Positions 23,330 to 34,696 of a stretch of DNA of 64,000 nucleotides are shown piece after piece. The notes under the pieces are model-generated. The model saw nothing but the letters and a program-made list of their open reading frames with translations. It did not search any database and had not been told where the DNA came from. The position numbers were made by a program, and so were the translations under genes. Position 1 is the stretch's first letter; each line of letters starts with the position of its first letter. Location: NCBI GenBank assembly GCA_002269645.1, contig NIVC01002633.1, forward strand, positions 1-64,000. The letters run 5' to 3'. The DNA is from Macrostomum lignano. Taxonomy: Eukaryota.

Positions 23330-26300
23330 ATGGAAGATAAAGGTAAACAGAATTTGTCTAAAACTGAGACAGAGTGTCAGCATTTTGCCAATTTAATTGA
23401 AAAACAAAAGGTTGATAACATCACATTAGAGTTTTTTTATAAGCCCCATACTCTCACTTTATTGGCTATAACAATTACATGGATAATATATATGGCCTTA
23501 AACAGGTAAGGATGCAACATATTTTTTTAAATAAAAAAACTAGGTCTAAGGCTAGGTATATTTTTATGGCTATGTTTATAATAGTTAGACCTATAAAGAA
23601 TCTTAGACTTTCAGTAAGTTTAAACTCTTTAAATTCAAATTATATAAACACTTTTAATTTTGCCTTTAAACTAAAGAATATCAAAAACTTAATTTAGGTT
23701 AACTATAAAATATGTTTTTGTGATCTTATGTACAAGCCTAGCTATATGCTTACCTTAATATCAAAGTTTGCTTAGATATTTGTATATTAAACTTAACATC
23801 TATATTTTTTTCAATTTGATTCAATGGGGATAAAAACTAGAATCCAACAAATACATTTGAATGCAAAATTGAATCTTGAAATTGAATTGAAATCTATTTT
23901 TACTTTATCTTTTGAATTGTTGCAATATTCCTAACTTTTATCCTTGTAAGAATATATTTATCAATAGTAAATATCTTTCTCTAAATTTATTTTTTATAAT
24001 ATAAGTAACTCTTAAAATAGCCATTTTAGAATTTTTATTTTAAAAAGTAAACAGAGTATCAAAAAAGTACTGATTCTTTTAACCATAGCTCTCATTCTAT
24101 AGCTTCCTATGATTTAAAATGTTATGAACTGATAATAAAAAAATCTCTTCTACAGACTGCTTTTTGAGTTTTTAAAATTGATACTAGAGAATGAAGGTTA
24201 TACCCATTAAAGTGATAGTACCTGTACCGTAGAGTTACTCAAACTATATCAAAATTTATAATAGTCAACTTCTGCACTCATTCATTAAGAAGGCATCAAT
24301 AAATGTCTTGTTTAAGCAATACCAAAGCCCAATTGCAAAATGATGCTTACTGTGACTAACTAAAATTTGTCCATGGATAGGATCATGCACAGAAAAATAA
24401 GCATTAAATTCATTACTTTACTTGCAAACAAAGGAGCTTGCATTTTATGATTTGTTCATGCTTTCATTGCCTATACTCAACATCACACATGGATATGCAC
24501 TCAGTTGTTGCTCAGCAAAGTACTATCTTCACTCTTTGGGGTGCTGGCCATAGTGCCTCAGAAATTCATGCAAAACTTTGCTCTTTGCATGGATCCTCTG
24601 TGGTGAGCAAATTGACAGTTTATTGTATTGATGGATGGAGCAATTCAGCAAGGGAAAGACTGACTTGGCAGATCAGCATCGGATGGGGCGGCCATATGTT
24701 CATCAACCTGATGTACTGGCAGACTCCATTCTGGATCTTCTTGATAAGGACTCCCAAATGACCATTAGAGATATTGCTGACAGGTTGGACAAGCCGAAAT
24801 CAACAATTCATTGAAGCTTACTTGGCATGGATCTCAAGCCGAAATCAACAATTCATTGAAGCTTACTCGGCATGGATCTCAAGCCAAAATCAACAATTCA
24901 TTGAAGCTTACTTGGCATGGATCTCAAGCTGAAATCAACAATTCATTGAAGCTTACTCGGCATGGATCTCAAGCTGAAATCAACAATTCATTGAAGCTTA
25001 CTTGGCATGGATCTCAAGCCAAAATCAACAATTCATTGAAGCTTACTTGGCATGGATCTCAAGCCAAAATCAACAATTCATCAAAGCTTACTCGGCATGG
25101 ATCTCAAGCCGAAATCAACAATTCATTGAAGCTTACTCGGCATGGATCTCAAGCCGAAGTCAACAATTCATTGAAGCTTACTCGGCATGGATCTCAAGCC
25201 GAAATCAACAATTCATTGAAGCTTACTTGGCATGGATCTCAAGCCGAAATCAACAATTCATTGAAGCTTACTTGGCATGGATCTCAAGCCAAAATCAACA
25301 ATTCATTGAAGCTTACTCGGCATGGATCTCAAGCCGAAGTCAACAATTCATTGAAGCTTACTTGGCATGGATCTCAAGCCGAAATCAACAATTCATTGAA
25401 GCTTACTCGGCATGGATCTCAAGCCAAAATCAACAATTCATCAAAGCTTACTCGGCATGGATCTCAAGCCAAAATCAACAATTCATTGAAGCTTACTCAG
25501 CATGGATCTCAAGCCGAAATCAACAATTCATTGAAGCTTACTCGGCATGGATCTCAAGCCGAAATCAACAATTCATTGAAGCTTACTCGGCATGGATCTC
25601 AAGCCGAAATCAACAATTCATTGAAGCTTACTCGGCATGGATCTCAAGCCGAAATCAACAATTCATTGAAGCTTACTCGGCATGGATCTCAAGCCAAAAT
25701 CAACAATTCATTGAAGCTTACTCGGCATGGATCTCAAGCCGAAATCAACAATTCATCAAAGCTTACTCGGCATGGATCTCAAGCCGAAATCAACAATTCA
25801 TTGAAGCTTACTTGGCATGGATCTCAAGCCGAAATCAACAATTCATTTAAGCTTATTCGGCATGGATCTCAAGCCGAAATCAACAATTCATTGAAGCTTA
25901 CTCGGCATGGATCTCAAGCCGAAATCAACAATTCATTGAAGCTTACTTGGCATGGATCTCAAGCCGAAATCAACAATTCATTGAAGCTTACTTGGCATGG
26001 ATCTCAAGCCGAAATCAACAATTCATTGAAGCTTACTTGGCATGGATCTCAAGCCAAAATCAACAATTCATTGAAGCTTACTCGGCATGGATCTCAAGCC
26101 AAAATCAACAATTCATTGAAGCTTACTTGGCATAGATCTTAAGCCGAAATCAACAATTCATTGAAGCTTACTCGGCATGGATCTCAAGCCGAAATCAACA
26201 ATTCATTGAAGCTTACTCGGCATGGATCTCAAGCCGAAATCAACAATTCATTGAAGCTTACTTGGCATGGATCTCAAGCCGAAATCAACAATTCATTGAA

Positions 26301-29300
26301 GCTTACTCGGCATGGATCTCAAGCCGAAATCAACAATTCATTGAAGCTTACTCGGCATGGATCTCAAGCCGAAATCAACAATTCATTGAAGCTTACTTGG
26401 CATGGATCTCAAGCCGAAATCAACAATTCATTGAAGCTTATTCGGCATGGATCTCATGAAGCTCAGCCTATAATTTGTGTAACTCTATGGTACAGGTATT
26501 GTTGCTTTCATGGGTGTAACTTTTGTTCTCTGGTATCAGTTTTGAAAATTCGAAGGGCAGTTTGTAGAAGAGATTTGCTGCTATCAGTTTAAAAAATTTT
26601 AAATCACAGGAGGCTATAGAATGGGAGCTACGGTTGAAAGTATCACTACTTTTTGGACACCCCTAATAATTTAGCTAGATCAAAGATCAACTTTTTTATC
26701 TTAAGGGCTAGACAAAGAATCTACTGTTTGACTATAGGCCAGAAGAAAAAATATAGTTCAATATTAATTTTTATGAACTTTCATTATATGTAGCTAGGTT
26801 TACTTTACTTAGCTTCCTTTATAATAGTATAAATTGACTAGTATGTATATCAAAACATCACTTTTGTAAGAGCTATGTAAATTTTTTTTAATGATTATTT
26901 TTTGTCTCTATTTGGTTGAATGTTTTCACTGCAATATCCCTATGCATGCCAGCTCCTTGGGCTTTAAGGTAATAATTAATACTCCCCAATTACATAAATT
27001 ACCATTCTTCACTAGCATTAATTGCAAAAGCAATTTTGCTTCTAATTGACAGATTTGCCACAATTCGCACTTTACAGGGCCAATACCACCCTGAAGCAAG
27101 ATGTCTGGGATGGAGGAATAGCCGTTTGTATCATATTTCTCATAATATCCATACTGGTAATGCCGAATGGTGAGTTTCAATTGTCTCCAATGCATCCTGC
27201 AGCTGCACTTAATTGATGAAAACTCCTCAAATTGGACTAATTGTTTCCCCTATTGATCGCCAGGTCCATTCAATCGGCCGCATCCGGCAGTTTGGAGAAT
27301 CGTGTTTGGTAAAAGAGCAGTTTCTATACCTACCGTCCCTACAGTATTTCTGCATGGTTTCTATGCGCTTGAGAATTGTAACTTTCCCGTTGTAAATCGT
27401 TATTTGCATTTGTGCGCGCTCGTTTAGGCACCAGTCGGCTGCACGAGATTTTGGTTAAACGGTAAAGTGCTTGCTACAGTAATTTACTTCAACAATGTGT
27501 TGGATCCCCTCTCAATCTGTACCACCAGTGTACCAGAGTGGTTTGTGTGAAACCTTTGCTTCTAAGTACACTAGCATGGTTGCATGTATTTAATTTATTT
27601 TGGTTCTCGGCAAATATTTCGCTGCAGCTTTAAATGTAATAAATAATCTTGAAACGCGATATTCTGCCATCTCTGGCTCTTATGTCTGAGTGTTATGCCG
27701 TGCACTTGACTGCCGTCTGTCTGATGCATTCTGGTCTTGCCTATCTGCTGTGTAGAGTGCATTGGATGTGCTACGTACATCATTCTGATGCTCAGTGCAT
27801 CTCTTGCGTCTTGTGCGCTGCTACTCTCACTTTCACTTCCTTTGCGAACCGCTTTCTTTATCATTGCGTTCTCGCCCCACTCACTGTTAAGTAAACTCAA
27901 CTTGTCTTTAATTTTTGTAATGGGATTGCATCAATTAAATTTTATCTGTACAAAAGATAAAGCGTCATGTATTACTATTCAGTAGTTCTGGTTGTATATT
28001 CGAGCTGTAAGCGGACGAAAACACCAGGAATTTCATAAGCGATATTTTAGACCTATTGCAAAAATTTGTCGTCCAGACACGCAAAACGGTAAAAAATGCA
28101 GCCCAATTCTTCTAAAATAATTGTTCCCCGTCGCAAATAACGTTTTGATCCACACATCGCTGCACCGCAGGCGTGAGCGTGCTTTATTTCCTGGTCATGG
28201 TGTTCGTCTGCTTTCTGAGCTACGAGGACGCGAGGCGGGCGCTGCACTTCATGTACCCCGACCTGCACAGCATGACCATCGACGAAATTCTCGACAAGGT
28301 GCGGCCTCTTGTTTGCGTGCATTGGCTTTTTTTACTATTACAGGTTCTACTACTGGACTCACGGGTCACAGGAATGGGCATGTTTTGCAATTTTCACCTG
28401 TTGCCGCCTGGCTACAGGACCACTGTCGCGAGAAGTTGTGCTAATACTCTCAGCTCCAAGCATACTAATTAGCACACTTTTTGCCCACAGGACTACGCCG
28501 TAAACTGCTCTGAGGTGACTGTGGCCCGTCTATACGCCCACCTGGATGGATTCGCTGTCGCCCACCTGTTCGGCTGGGTGATGAAGGCTGTGCTGCTGCG
28601 CCACTACGGCCTGGCTTGGCTTCTGTCAGTGAACTGGGAGATCACCGAGCTGGCCTTCTCTCACATCCTGCCGAACTTCCGCGAGTGCTGGTGGGACATT
28701 GTGCTGTTGGATGTGCTGCTGTGCAACGGGCTGGGCATCTACCTGGGCATGCAGCTGTGCAAGTGGCTGGAGATGCGCAGCTACCACTGGGAGAGCATTA
28801 GGTAAAAAAACTAAGTATGAGCCCTGAGTGAGCAAATGTAATAAGACTGAAAATTCTAGAAGGGGAACCTATTGTCTCACTTCACTAGGCCTGGCTGAAT
28901 TTTTACAGAGCCATCTGTACCGAAACAGAAATAGGCCTCCTGCAAAGATAAACATTTGTTTGTCCAGTTCGATTTTTGTTGCTTTGATTTTTTACTTTTG
29001 TGACAGGCTCTAGAAAGCTGCGTTTTCCACAGCTTGTACCCCGGCTAGCAACTCATAGCTCAGAGCTGAGTTAATCCTCCGCGCTCTCCCCACAGGTCAA
29101 TCAACTCCACCACAGGCAAAATCAAGCGAGCTTTCTTTCAGTTTACACCCGGCAGGTGAGTGTTGTTGCTCAGACCTGTTGGTTAGTAAATTCAGCGATG
29201 CAATGCAGCCTGACACCGCCGCTTTCAGCTGGACCCCCACACGCTGGCTGGACCCAGAGAGCTCCTTCATGCGGGTCATTGCCGTGTCCATCCTGGTGGT

Positions 29301-31611
29301 CATGACCCAGCTGGCCGAGCTCAACTGCTTCTTCTTGAAGCATATCTTCTTGGTGAGGCCCAGCCACCCCACTACACTGGGCCGCCTGGTCCTAATATCC
29401 GCCATCAGCGCTCCGGCCATCAGGTTAGTAATTCAGCTTTCTCATTTTCAAAATTGGACTTTTCTCGTATCACCAAGCCAAGTGGAGATCCGCCTGCTAA
29501 TTTTAGCTGAGAACTTCGATTCTAAAATTTAGTCCTCTTACTGGGGTCAACTTTTGAGCCTTATTTGGCCGGCGGCCTCTTCACCCGGCCGAGTGTTGCG
29601 CATGTGTGCTCCCTGGGCCCATCAGCAAGGGCGCGGGATTTCAGATGTACTCGTATTGCTACGGGAATAAGGGATTTTCTAGTGCCCTTTTTACTGCAAC
29701 TTTTATTTGCTTTTCGATTCTATGACAGTTGCATTCTCATTAATTTTGTCGGTACTTTTCTTATCGTATATAGCTGCTAGCTAGAGTAACCTGATCCATC
29801 CGCAGACAGTACTACCTGTACGTGACGGACCCGCTCGTCAACCGTGTTGGCACTCAACTGTGGGTGTTCGTGTAAGTTTGCTGCTTTCAAAACAGTGCTC
29901 CAAAAAGCTGCACCAAAAAAGGACGCAGGCTGCCACTCCTTATAGCCACCTGCCAGTCGGTGGAGAGTCATTGTTATCCCATCTTCTGACCTTTCGCAGA
30001 GCCGTTGTCGTGACCGAGGCCATCGTTTGCCTGAAGTTTGGCCGGCACTTCTTCGAGAAGACAGTCATTCTCAACATTGTTCTCTGGATTGTCTACTCGG
30101 TGAGGGAAAGTTTTCAAAATCGTTTTATATCGCTGTCAGTTGCCACAGGTGTAGCAGCAATAGTTGTAATGCCAATTCTTAAGTAGATTTCTCAGAACCC
30201 ACACGTCATACTCCCCAGACTCCTCCATCATTGTATTCCCTGCCGCAGGTCATGCTCCCCATCATTGTGTTCCCTGCCACAGGTCATGCTCTCCATCATT
30301 GTGTTCCCTGCCGCAGGTCATGCTCTCCATCATTGTGTTCCCTGCCGCAGGTCATGCTCTCCATCATTGTGTTCCCTGCCACAGGTCATGCTCTCCATCA
30401 TTGTATTCCCTGCCGCAGGTCATGCTCCCCATCATTGTGTTCCCTGCCGCAGGTCATGCTCCCCATCATTGTGTTCCCTGCCACAGGTCATGCTCTCCAT
30501 CATTGTGTTCCCTGCCGCAGGTCATGCTCTCCATTTTAGTGTTCCCTGCCGCAGATCATGCTCTCCATCATAGTATTCCCTGCCGCAGATCATGCTCTCC
30601 ATCCTTGATGCTCCCATGCTCCCTCCCGCATCCCGCAGATCATGCTCTCCATTTTAGTGTTCCCTGCCGCAGATCATGCTCCTCATCATAGTGTTCCCTG
30701 CCGCAGGTCATGCTCTCCATCCTTGAGTTTCCTCCCGCAGATCATGCTCTCCATCCTTGAGTTCCCTCCCGCAGATCATGCTCTCCATCCTTGAGTTCCC
30801 TCCTGCAGATCATGTTCTCCATCCTTGAGTTCCCTCCCGCAGATCATGCTCTCCATCCTTGAGTTCCCTCCTGCAGATCATGCTCTCCATCCTTGAGTTC
30901 CCTCCCGCAGATCATGCTCTCCATCCTTGAGTTCCCTCCCGCAGATCATGCTCTCCATCCTTGAGTTCCCTCCTGCAGATCATGCTCTCCATCCTTGAGT
31001 TCCCTCCCGCAGATCATGTCTCATTGTGTTCGTTCCCACAGATCATGTCTCATTGTGTTCGTTCCCACAGATCATGTCTCATTGTGTTCGTTCCCACAGA
31101 TCATGTCTCATTGTGTTCGTTCCCACAGATCATGTCTCATTGTGTTCGTTCCCACAGATCATGTCTCATTGTGTTCGTTCCCACAGATCATGTCTCATTG
31201 TGTTCGTTTCCGCAGATCATGTCTCATTGTGTTCCCCCGCAGATCATGTCTCATTGTGTTCGTTCCCGCAGATCATGTCTCATTGTGTTCCCCCGCAGAT
31301 CATGTCTCATTGTGTTCGTTCCCGCAGATCATGTCTCATTGTGTTCCCCCGCAGATCATGTCTCATTGTGTTCCCCCGCAGATCATGTCTCATTGTGTTC
31401 CCCCGCAGATCATGTCTCATTGTGTTCCCCGCAGATCATGTCTCATTGTGTTCCCCCGCAGATCATGTCCTCCTTCTTCATCGTATTCCTGTGCGCATTC
31501 GTGGCCAAGGCCCGCTGCAGCCGGCGCAGCAGCGCCAAAACGAACGGCTACAGCAGTGAGGCCGGTAGCTCACCGAACGGTTGCCAGTTGGATGCGAAGA
31601 AGCAGTCTTAA
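23330..31611 (+). CDS. PTDSS1: Phosphatidylserine synthase (PTDSS1/PSS family), 10 exons
   Basis: Exons 23330-23505, 27078-27169, 27264-27308, 28171-28298, 28491-28801, 29096-29155, 29229-29423, 29806-29871, 30000-30099, 31462-31611, GT-AG and phase-consistent. Motifs ITLEFFYKPHT, PNGPFNRPHPAVWR, DYAVNC, HLFGWVMKA, PNFRECWWD, TTGKIKR, QLAELNCFFLKH, EAIVCLKFG. Confidence 0.93.
24047..26668 (+). mobile_element. Internally deleted Tc1/mariner element with ~200-bp TIRs in PTDSS1 intron 1
   Basis: 24047-24250 is a diverged inverted copy of 26466-26668 (right end ttttggacacccctaaTA). 24490-24810 encodes frameshifted mariner-type HTH segments: HSASEIHAKLCSLHGSSVVSKLTVY, WMEQFSKGKTDLADQHRMGRP, DSQMTIRDIADRLDKPKSTIH. 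No DDD domain present. Confidence 0.8.
24791..26455 (+). repeat. 45-bp satellite, 37 copies (aagccgaaatcaacaattcattgaagcttactcggcatggatctc)
   Basis: 1665 bp / 45 = 37 units with few variant sites; no unique spacers. Confidence 0.97.
30215..31469 (+). repeat. Compound minisatellite (34, 34, 29 and 27-bp units) containing the 3' splice junction of the last PTDSS1 intron
   Basis: Every unit has pyrimidine-rich ...c(a/g)cag|(a/g)tcatg; the last copy is the acceptor at 31461/31462. Confidence 0.93.
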
Positions 31612-32885
31612 AATAAGAGCAGCAGTCGCTTCAGGCAGCGGTCTCTGTGCAGTAATTCACTCACTGTATCCACTAGATAAAATAGAATTGACAAAATCAA
31701 GAGGCTTGAAGTTTCAAAGCAAACTGTTAATAAGACAAATCACATTGGAACTGAAAATTGGCCGGTCACATGGAACTGAAAATTTAACTGAAAGTTTTAG
31801 TTACTTAAAAGTCCAAATAAGCTACTATCCTGCATGCCCATTGCTGTTGTAATACTCAACATCGTAATCTTATTAATTTTATAAGTTTGAGTTCAATTTC
31901 GGTACAATTTTAGCCCTTGTGATGACAATACCAGTTTTTTTCCTTTGTTTTACAGTTTTTTTAGACTGATAATTGCAGCATGCCATTGTAGCATTGTTAT
32001 TCTCTGAAACCCAGTGGTGAAATTCGCGCAAGGTTGCTGATAGATCTGTAGCTGTCAGACTAGTGTCAGGACGCATAGCTTAGGTCTTCTCCACGCATCC
32101 AACTTAAACTCAGCACTTGTGCTGCTTTAAACACTGATTTTGGTTTTTTGTACAGTATCAGGAGAATTCCAGAATTGCTGCGAGTAATTCCAGCTCAATA
32201 ATCTTTCTGTTATGACAAATATTGCAGAGATGTGGCGGCTGGCGGCTCTAAGCTAGTATTATTGAGCCGCATCTGCATCTTCAGCTGTCTATTTTGGTGT
32301 TAGCTTTAGTTTTTGTCCGCGAATTCGCATTATTTCTATTACAAGATGTTTTCAAAGCTGCACTCATGCTGTACTAGAATTTAGAGCTCATGCTCTCCCG
32401 ATGCAATACAGCACTGCTTACTGTGGCTTAGTTATCTGTTTCCGGCCAGTTTTTGGCTTGGAGACGGGCTCGTAGTTTAGCTATCTTTGTCCAACAATGT
32501 CTGACAGAAACCGCAACGCACTAATTATTAAATTTCAGTAGCAATCGCAGTATTCTTCATTTTGCATCTGCAAAGTATTATCGCGCTTATTAGCTGATGA
32601 AGCTTATTTAAGCTGCAGCGCATTTTCCCTGCAGCCCGTGTTTGAGTCCCCTTTTCACAGGTTTCTTTTCCAATTTCCACCTCGATGGTTATGTCTGCTG
32701 GATTAAACCTTGAGCTTGTTTAACTAATTCAGTTAGGTACACAGCGCTGTCTACATATTTTCATCATAAATACCGTCTGCGATGCACTTTTGTACCACTG
32801 CACCACTTTGTATCTCTGCTGCTGGAAGCTGAAAAAGTATTTGTTTGCTGTTGCTTTTATCTGTTTTGAATTGCTGACAGTCTAA

Positions 32886-33090
32886 GCGTAATGGCACTCA
32901 GTGGTACAGGAAATTGAAGCGTCACTGAGCAGTGGCACTCAGTGGTACAGGAAATTGAAGCGTCACTGAGCAGTGGCACTCAATGGTACAGGGAATTGAA
33001 GCGTCACTGAGCAGTGGCACACAATGGTACAGGGAATTGAAGCGTCACTGAGCAGTGGCACTCAATGGAACAGGGAATCGCAGTGTCACT
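32886..33090 (+). repeat. 41-bp minisatellite, about 4-5 copies, with internal stem CACTGAG/CTCAGTG
   Basis: gcgtcactga at 32919, 32960, 33001, 33042. Confidence 0.85.
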
Positions 33091-34696
33091 GACCGCAATG
33101 GCAAACAGTGCTGGAATGTAAGAGTCCAGCTTCAGCACAGCAGAAGTCAGGAATCCCAAAGATATGAGCCCAAATGCTCCGCTCCAGAGCATCCAGCATG
33201 CACGCTGATATTTACTCTGTCACATTTGATCTGTTCTCGCACGCTTCCAGTTTTAGTTTTTGCAATCCGCTTAGCCTGCATTGTTATTGTGCAATATTTC
33301 ATACTGTCAATCAATGGTATTATCGAGTCAAATCAGCTTATGCTTCGTATTTTTATTCAAAGGTAATCTTTTAAGAATTTTTAAAATTAAATAAATCTGT
33401 ATTGCAAATCGTGTTTATCTATATGGGCTGCTGCTTTTTTGTCATTTTAAAGCGGGTCTAACTTGTTTTAGCGGGTTTAGAGATAGGTCTGAGGGAAATC
33501 TAGTGCACAGTAGGGGTTAGTTTCAATGGCTTGCGGAAGTCAAATATTGCCTCTGCTATTGCTATATCGTTCAAAAATACCCGTGGTCCACCAGATTTTG
33601 GTGCACAGTTGATACGGACTTACAGTTTCTGGTGTCCTTGTCAAAGGTTCGTTAAGTTGCTTTTGGTGATTGACGACTGAAGAATTAGCAAAATTAGATA
33701 AAATGCCGGATGGCCCGAGCGCTGTGGCTAGTTTTGCCTAGAGATAGAGACAGTTCTATTGCGAATGCAATCGTGCTACCGCCTCGGCCCATTCATGAGC
33801 ATGTGCTGAGTGATAATCAAATTCTTCACGTCTTGCTGCGCCAAGCGGGACGCACCCGCTGAGCAGCAGGCCAACAGCTCGGCCAGTAACGGCGGTAGAG
33901 GCCACCGGGCCTTTACCAAGCAGCAGCCGGAGTTGCCCAAGTTTCCAGAAAAGCATGACTCGAAGCCGCACTCATAGCGAGACTTACAAGCCCAAGGGCT
34001 GTCAATCCATATAAGTATTTAATGAACAAAAAAGGTTAAGTCCATCAGTGTCTAGTATTGCTGCTCCCAGCGATATCTACAGAGATAAACTTACATTGCT
34101 TAGTGCAGCGCAGCAGCTTGCAGCGCATCCATGCGCTTCTATGACGGTCATACTGCCCAAAGCGTCATTTGCAATGAGCGCAGGCTATGACCCGATCGCT
34201 GGCCATGGCGCTGTCAGAATTGCTGCTAAGCACTTTGCTCTGCTCCCGCTGTGGTCCCTGCTTACTGCGAACGCTCAACTTGTTATTAAATTATCTGACT
34301 ATCTGTTTAGGCGTCAGGTAGTTGGTGCAAATTCTTGTCCAGCTTTTATTTCAGAAACTGTACTCCAGAACCTGTTTGTGATAAATTTTATTTGCCCAAT
34401 ATGCGTCTTCTCAACAGAATATTCCCTACTATCTATATTTTATTCTTTTAAAAATTTTGTTAACTGCCGGATGTAAAAAAATATACGCTATCAAAATCTT
34501 AATTTGATAATAAAATTTAATCGTCTTCCGTTTGAGTAATTTTTGCTTCATGACAACCTAAACATGGGGAAATGAGAGGCGGAAGCAGCCTAAAATCATA
34601 AGTCTATCCAAGCGCTGGCTTATATGCATCTTTGATCAGCTATGTAAAACTCACAAGCGGAACATTCAAGTCAGCAACTCCACAACTTTCTGCCCC

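Noticed and set aside
24791-26455. CRISPR-like look of the regular arrays (also the 23-, 30-, 31- and 42-bp arrays)
   Set aside because: No unique spacers, no cas genes, and a eukaryotic intronic setting; these are plain tandem repeats.
24811-26592. 443-aa and 282-aa repeat ORFs
   Set aside because: Open only because the 45-bp unit is a multiple of 3; the biologically relevant (transposase) frame has a stop in most units.
26926-27409. Minus-strand ORFs with Tc1-like words (IEWTWRS..SPI)
   Set aside because: They are the antisense of PTDSS1 exons 2 and 3, which match the family far better on the plus strand.
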